From contig NW_025767079.1 of assembly GCF_003918875.1 (NCBI RefSeq), positions 5,022,001-5,086,000 on the forward strand: a stretch of 64,000 nucleotides of DNA, in the 5' to 3' direction. The translations under genes and the position numbers were made by a program. The DNA is from Haliotis rubra (lineage: Eukaryota). Of the stretch, positions 59,501 through 64,000 are shown in pieces. How positions within the stretch are numbered: the stretch's first letter is position 1; the number at the start of each line of letters is the position of its first letter. The notes beneath the pieces were generated by a model. The model was not told the origin of the DNA. It ran no database searches and saw only the letters and a list, made by a program, of their open reading frames with translations.

Positions 59501-62500
59501 CTCGCTCACTGATATATAGTTGTCACTTGTGACGTAAGTCTTGAACTGTGAATAGAGATCGACCTCTGTGTAGGTCGTTGTCCCTCATGGTCCAATCAGA
59601 ACAAGGCATTTTGATTCTGTATAATACCAGCTGTGATGTCACCGTGTAGCGGAAAAACCCACCTTGAATAAATTCTTGTCGTCAGAGATATTAGCATAAA
59701 CGCCGGTCTTCACGTGAGCTTCCCGGTTATCCGAAAGTGACCACGTGTTTCGAGGGTTAATGGTAACCGCGAAACCTCCGGTCGCGAAAATATCTCGGCT
59801 CTGTAATTTTATGCTGGGTAGGTTATTTTCCTGGTTGTCGCGGAAAGTAATTTCAGTTTTGAATATAATTCGACTTCCTTATATATAAGGGTATAAACAA
59901 CTTGCAAGTTGTGAGCTTGTAGACTGTATACATGAATGTATCGTCATAATTGTAGAATTAACGTTGAACTTGTTGTACATATTTCTTCTCAGAAACTTTG
60001 ACGATTAAGAGTTATACTCGCTGTAACAAGGCTGCTGTTCAATTTCGATATTGAATTGTCTGCAGATATGCGTAATGATCACGCATGTAGATAATCGTAT
60101 CGTCGTCCGGGATTGTATATTAGCAATTTATACGGAATAGTTAATTTCTGTGAAGATCTATGAAATAATAATAATAATAATACAGCGACGTTCTGTGTTG
60201 TAAATAGCCTGAGCAATTATCTTCGCGAGGGCTTATAGGCGGCATCTGGCATACAGTTGATAATCAACTTATGCGACGCCTTGAACGGACTGACGAGTAG
60301 CTACATATGACGAAAGTGGCTAGTATATGGAAACCTTGGAGGAGACTTCCCTCGTGAACGCGGAGACTTCAGCGAAGTTCTCGAAGTATCCCTTCTAGAT
60401 CTTCTGGGTGAAGTAGACTTGGAGCCACTTAGCTCACGACCATCGCGAAAGGTGTCGAGTCAAAAGCCCGATTAGTATATATATATATATATAAATATAT
60501 ATATGAGCTTGCTTCGTGAACAGCCTCTGTGTTTAACAGGATGTGGATGGCGCTTGCCTAAGTAGGGTCGCATGGATCATCTTATCATATTCGAAAGTCG
60601 TGTTCACGAAGTCTGGTGATAAGTGTCTAATTGATCGTTCTAGATCTATTTAGGCCAGCGAACATACGCCTCGTCATGGATTCATCAGAACCAATATACG
60701 ATTGTAGTTCTTATACTTGATATCGATGATCAACTTGTCTATGGTTTGATCTTCTCGGAGACTTGTGAGGGGAACGTTGATAGTTTCGCGAAGCTCTTTG
60801 TATAGTCCCTCGATGTCCTTCTAGATGATGATGATCTGGATTCAGTTGTCCTTTTCGGCATGCCTTCGAAGCTTCCTCTGCGTCCGGTCCGGGGGAACGA
60901 CGATATGACCTTCGCGAAGGCTTCCGTGATGTCTGATGGTCCGAGTCCACATCTAGGGATGAAACCGCATAAGGTGATGATCTATCCTGCCTTCGCGAAG
61001 TCCGAAGGCGCTGTACATCTAGGTCCTTTCCGCCGGCGAAGGCTGCCGAAAGGCTGTATATCTAGGTCGCCGTCAAGGTGGTCCGTGACTTCCTTAGCGA
61101 AGGTGACATCGCCCTGGCTGCTACGCTGACGGGGGTGCCTCTGGGGTGCTGTCCACGTTGGAGCCTTCGCGAAGGCTCGGACCCTGCTACCGCAGATATT
61201 GGTCCTCCATGATGTTCATAATTTGTCGCATCATGTCTTCTGGGATGGTCTGCGACGAGGTCGTCGGTGCTTTATCTGCGGTGTTAATGGAGGGGTCCAC
61301 CGGAAAATCGTCCGACATCAGTGTAGAGGCATCAGGCTGCATGGTGATCTCTGCTGATGTCGTAGTAGCTGTCACGGTCGCTTTCTTGTGGCGTCGTGGG
61401 GATGATGATCATCAGCTGATCATCGTAGAGGTCCAGGTCATCGGCTGGAACAATCTCGGTTGAGAAAGTCCTAGTAGACTTCGTTGATTTTCCCTCAGAG
61501 GTCGACGCTGCCCTGGGTGCGACGCCTGGCGTTGAGTGTTGGTAATGATGGGACCCTCAGGACGATCATCGCATATCTGCGTTGGTACATCAGGCTGCAT
61601 GCTGATCTGTGCCGACATCGGTCAATCTTTGATGTACATCCGTATGATGACCGGCTGATCATCATACAGGCCCAAAACTTCGATGGGAACGGTCTCGGTT
61701 GTTGAGATGTAGTAGAAAACCCTCTAGTCTTCTGCTGCGCACGATGGGATGTCTGGGGAAGCAGGATGCTTTGGAGATGGCGGACACGCCCCACACCTCT
61801 CCACCACTCTAGCGAACACCACACGGGGGGAGTCGGCCAACAGCAGTAGACTGGCGAGGGTTCCGTGTATCAGTCATACTAGACTCTGCATCACAGCGAC
61901 CTATCTGCTGCGCGCGTGCAAACGCAAAGTAAATATTAATAAAAAGGTAGAATTGGATAAATTAGTACCGCAACTGCAATGTGAATATAATAAACATGGC
62001 TGCCGTACATCATATTAAAGGCGGATCAGCAGCAGCATAAAAACGTAATCTGCAATAGTACAGAATTTTCATCAACGTAATCCACTGAAACAAACACGGC
62101 ACCTCGTGACTAAACTGTAGAAAAACGACTAAATATCAATATATAATCGTTGAAGGATACTAGCTAAACCTCTATAGATGTCTATACGAGGTAACTAACT
62201 AAATATAAAACAAAGGATATAGTGTGTCGGGAGACACAGGCGCTCTCACGTCCAGCTCACTGGGCGAAGAAGGAGAGAGTGAGGCACATGGGTTCGGGTG
62301 ACGCCCTCGTTCCCGAGCTTGTGGAAAGGAGGTAACTCGTGGTGAATACTAATTAGTGATTTTAAATTGAAGGGAGCTTCAATTAGGGAGATACAAGTGT
62401 TCCACTATGTTCGCAAGAAGAAGAAGACAAGCAAAAAGAGCATGAGTCAGGATAAGGAAAAATTGATCTTCCTCAATTTCATTTCATTTAATCAAATTTA

Positions 62501-62918
62501 TTTACTTAAATGATTACTCTCCCCAACTGCTCATTACATTTGTAGATGGCCTGCCCTGTGTCCCTGTACATGTTTTCATAACATGCCTGAAAAAGAAAAA
62601 TAGGCTAAAACACTTTATATTTTACCATATAATTTTTTTCTTGGCCAAATAGGTGTACAATATCTTATGACCTCCCTATAGAGACTGTTACATCTTTGGG
62701 TGACCCTCCCTCACATCCCTCAGAGCCATCGCCACCTCCAATAAATGACAGATACCCAATTAAACATAATTTCATAATACAAAATTCATTACACACAATA
62801 TGGTAAAATGTTTGGAACATGATTGGAATTTTTCATGACAACTACAATCTGATTACAAAACTATTACGAATGTAATATCACATTCCCTATGATTGAGACA
62901 AAAAAACATTCATGGTAT

Positions 62919-63085
62919 ACTGACTGACTGAGTTTAGTTTTACGCCGCTTTTAGCAATATTTCAGCAATATCACGGCGGGGGACACCAGAAATGGGCTTA
63001 ACACATTGTGCCCATGTGGGGATTCGAACCCGGGCCTTCGGCGTGACGAGCCAACGCTTTAACCACTAGGCTACCCCACCGCCCC
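62919..63085 (-). mobile_element. SINE family B, full length
   Basis: TSD TCATGGTATACT; intact A and B boxes. Confidence 0.9.
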
Positions 63086-64000
63086 TCATGGTATACTATA
63101 CACAATACCATACATAATTGGCACTTCATGGAGCTCTTTGCAGTGTTAGGGATTTACATACAAGAGGATAACATTTTTAAAAGGCATACATGCCCTCATC
63201 AAAATACAATGAAGGTTTGTTTTGTTTTTCGCCAAAGAATATGTGGACCAATGAAAAAGATACTTTAATTAAACGGCTCACAAGTATTTGGGTTATGTTA
63301 CAGCAAGTTGGGCATACGTAGGAAGATACCTCAAAATGAAGCTGGCATTTGATGTTTACGATTTTGGTGAAATCCATGTAACACAGGACAAACCAAGGAT
63401 CATAGTAGGAGCAAAGATAGTATTATCTGATCCTGTCATGTGTAAGGGACATAATCCTTCATATGCTCTTGAAGGGATACATATCATGTTTGTGTCCAGT
63501 AGACAGGATCGGCTGGGTGTGTTTGAATCCTTGATTCAACCTGACAAAGATCCATAGCTTCTTGTGGGTTTCACGTGACAAAGTATGAGGTATCGCATTT
63601 GTAGACTTTCCTCAATGTACTTAGACCACAGTGACAAAACTGAAACATTGCGTAACATACAAAATCGCAAGGCCTTGCAAAGAACATTAATTCAGATAAG
63701 ACGTCTGTAGAAAAATAATACATCAAACGACGGTAAATACGAACTCAAAGGGAACACAATAGTTGGTGGTACACACTTCAACTAAAATATGCAGCAAGTG
63801 TCTGGGACCAGTGTCCATTACAAACATAGTTTATTGTATTTATATTAAAATAAAGTTTCGTCTTATGACAGATATTTCTTGTTCACTTTTATGCCAGGTT
63901 GGCCTATTTACCTCTGTGATGTTCATTTCAACACTGAACACATCAAACTCCATTCACTGCCATGTGCCAGCCTTGACTCAAGCACTATTATGCATGCTGC

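Larger units (their letters stand above)
56170..62460 (-). mobile_element. DIRS1-type tyrosine-recombinase retrotransposon, internally decayed
   Basis: 186-bp ITRs (56207-56392 / 62271-62456); internal complementary region 56468-56545 joining the complements of both ends; TTT/AAA termini without TSD; YR remnant. Confidence 0.92.

Noticed and set aside
63130-63706. Terminal exon of a minus-strand gene beyond the window
   Set aside because: A good acceptor (TTTTCTACAG) is present but there is no recognisable protein; cannot be supported without flanking sequence.

Overview
Repeat-rich eukaryotic (animal) DNA. The SINE families and gene types suggest a mollusc, probably a gastropod such as abalone (inference). 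Recognisable host genes: a C2H2 zinc-finger ORF with a recent in-frame 609-bp internal duplication (6961-8661 +), two PhyH-family Fe(II)/2-oxoglutarate dioxygenases with intronless coding regions (33856-34860 -, 49924-50982 +, the second tail-anchored), and two spliced double-HotDog acyl-thioesterase paralogues (20053-21716 -, 42304-43944 +). The thioesterases lie in the arms of a large inverted segmental duplication (about 15338-26223 versus 37987-46112). Together these form a compact dioxygenase + thioesterase cluster. Mobile DNA: a Tc1/mariner element, a decayed Gypsy pol, a DIRS1-type tyrosine-recombinase retroelement with intact ITR/ICR ends carrying a 95-bp satellite, Penelope/L2/CR1-like fragments, several MITEs, long-hairpin elements and about five SINE families. 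A 68-bp satellite grades into 18-bp repeats that begin at a degenerate zinc-finger H-T-G motif. All coordinates were read by eye and may be off by a few bases.
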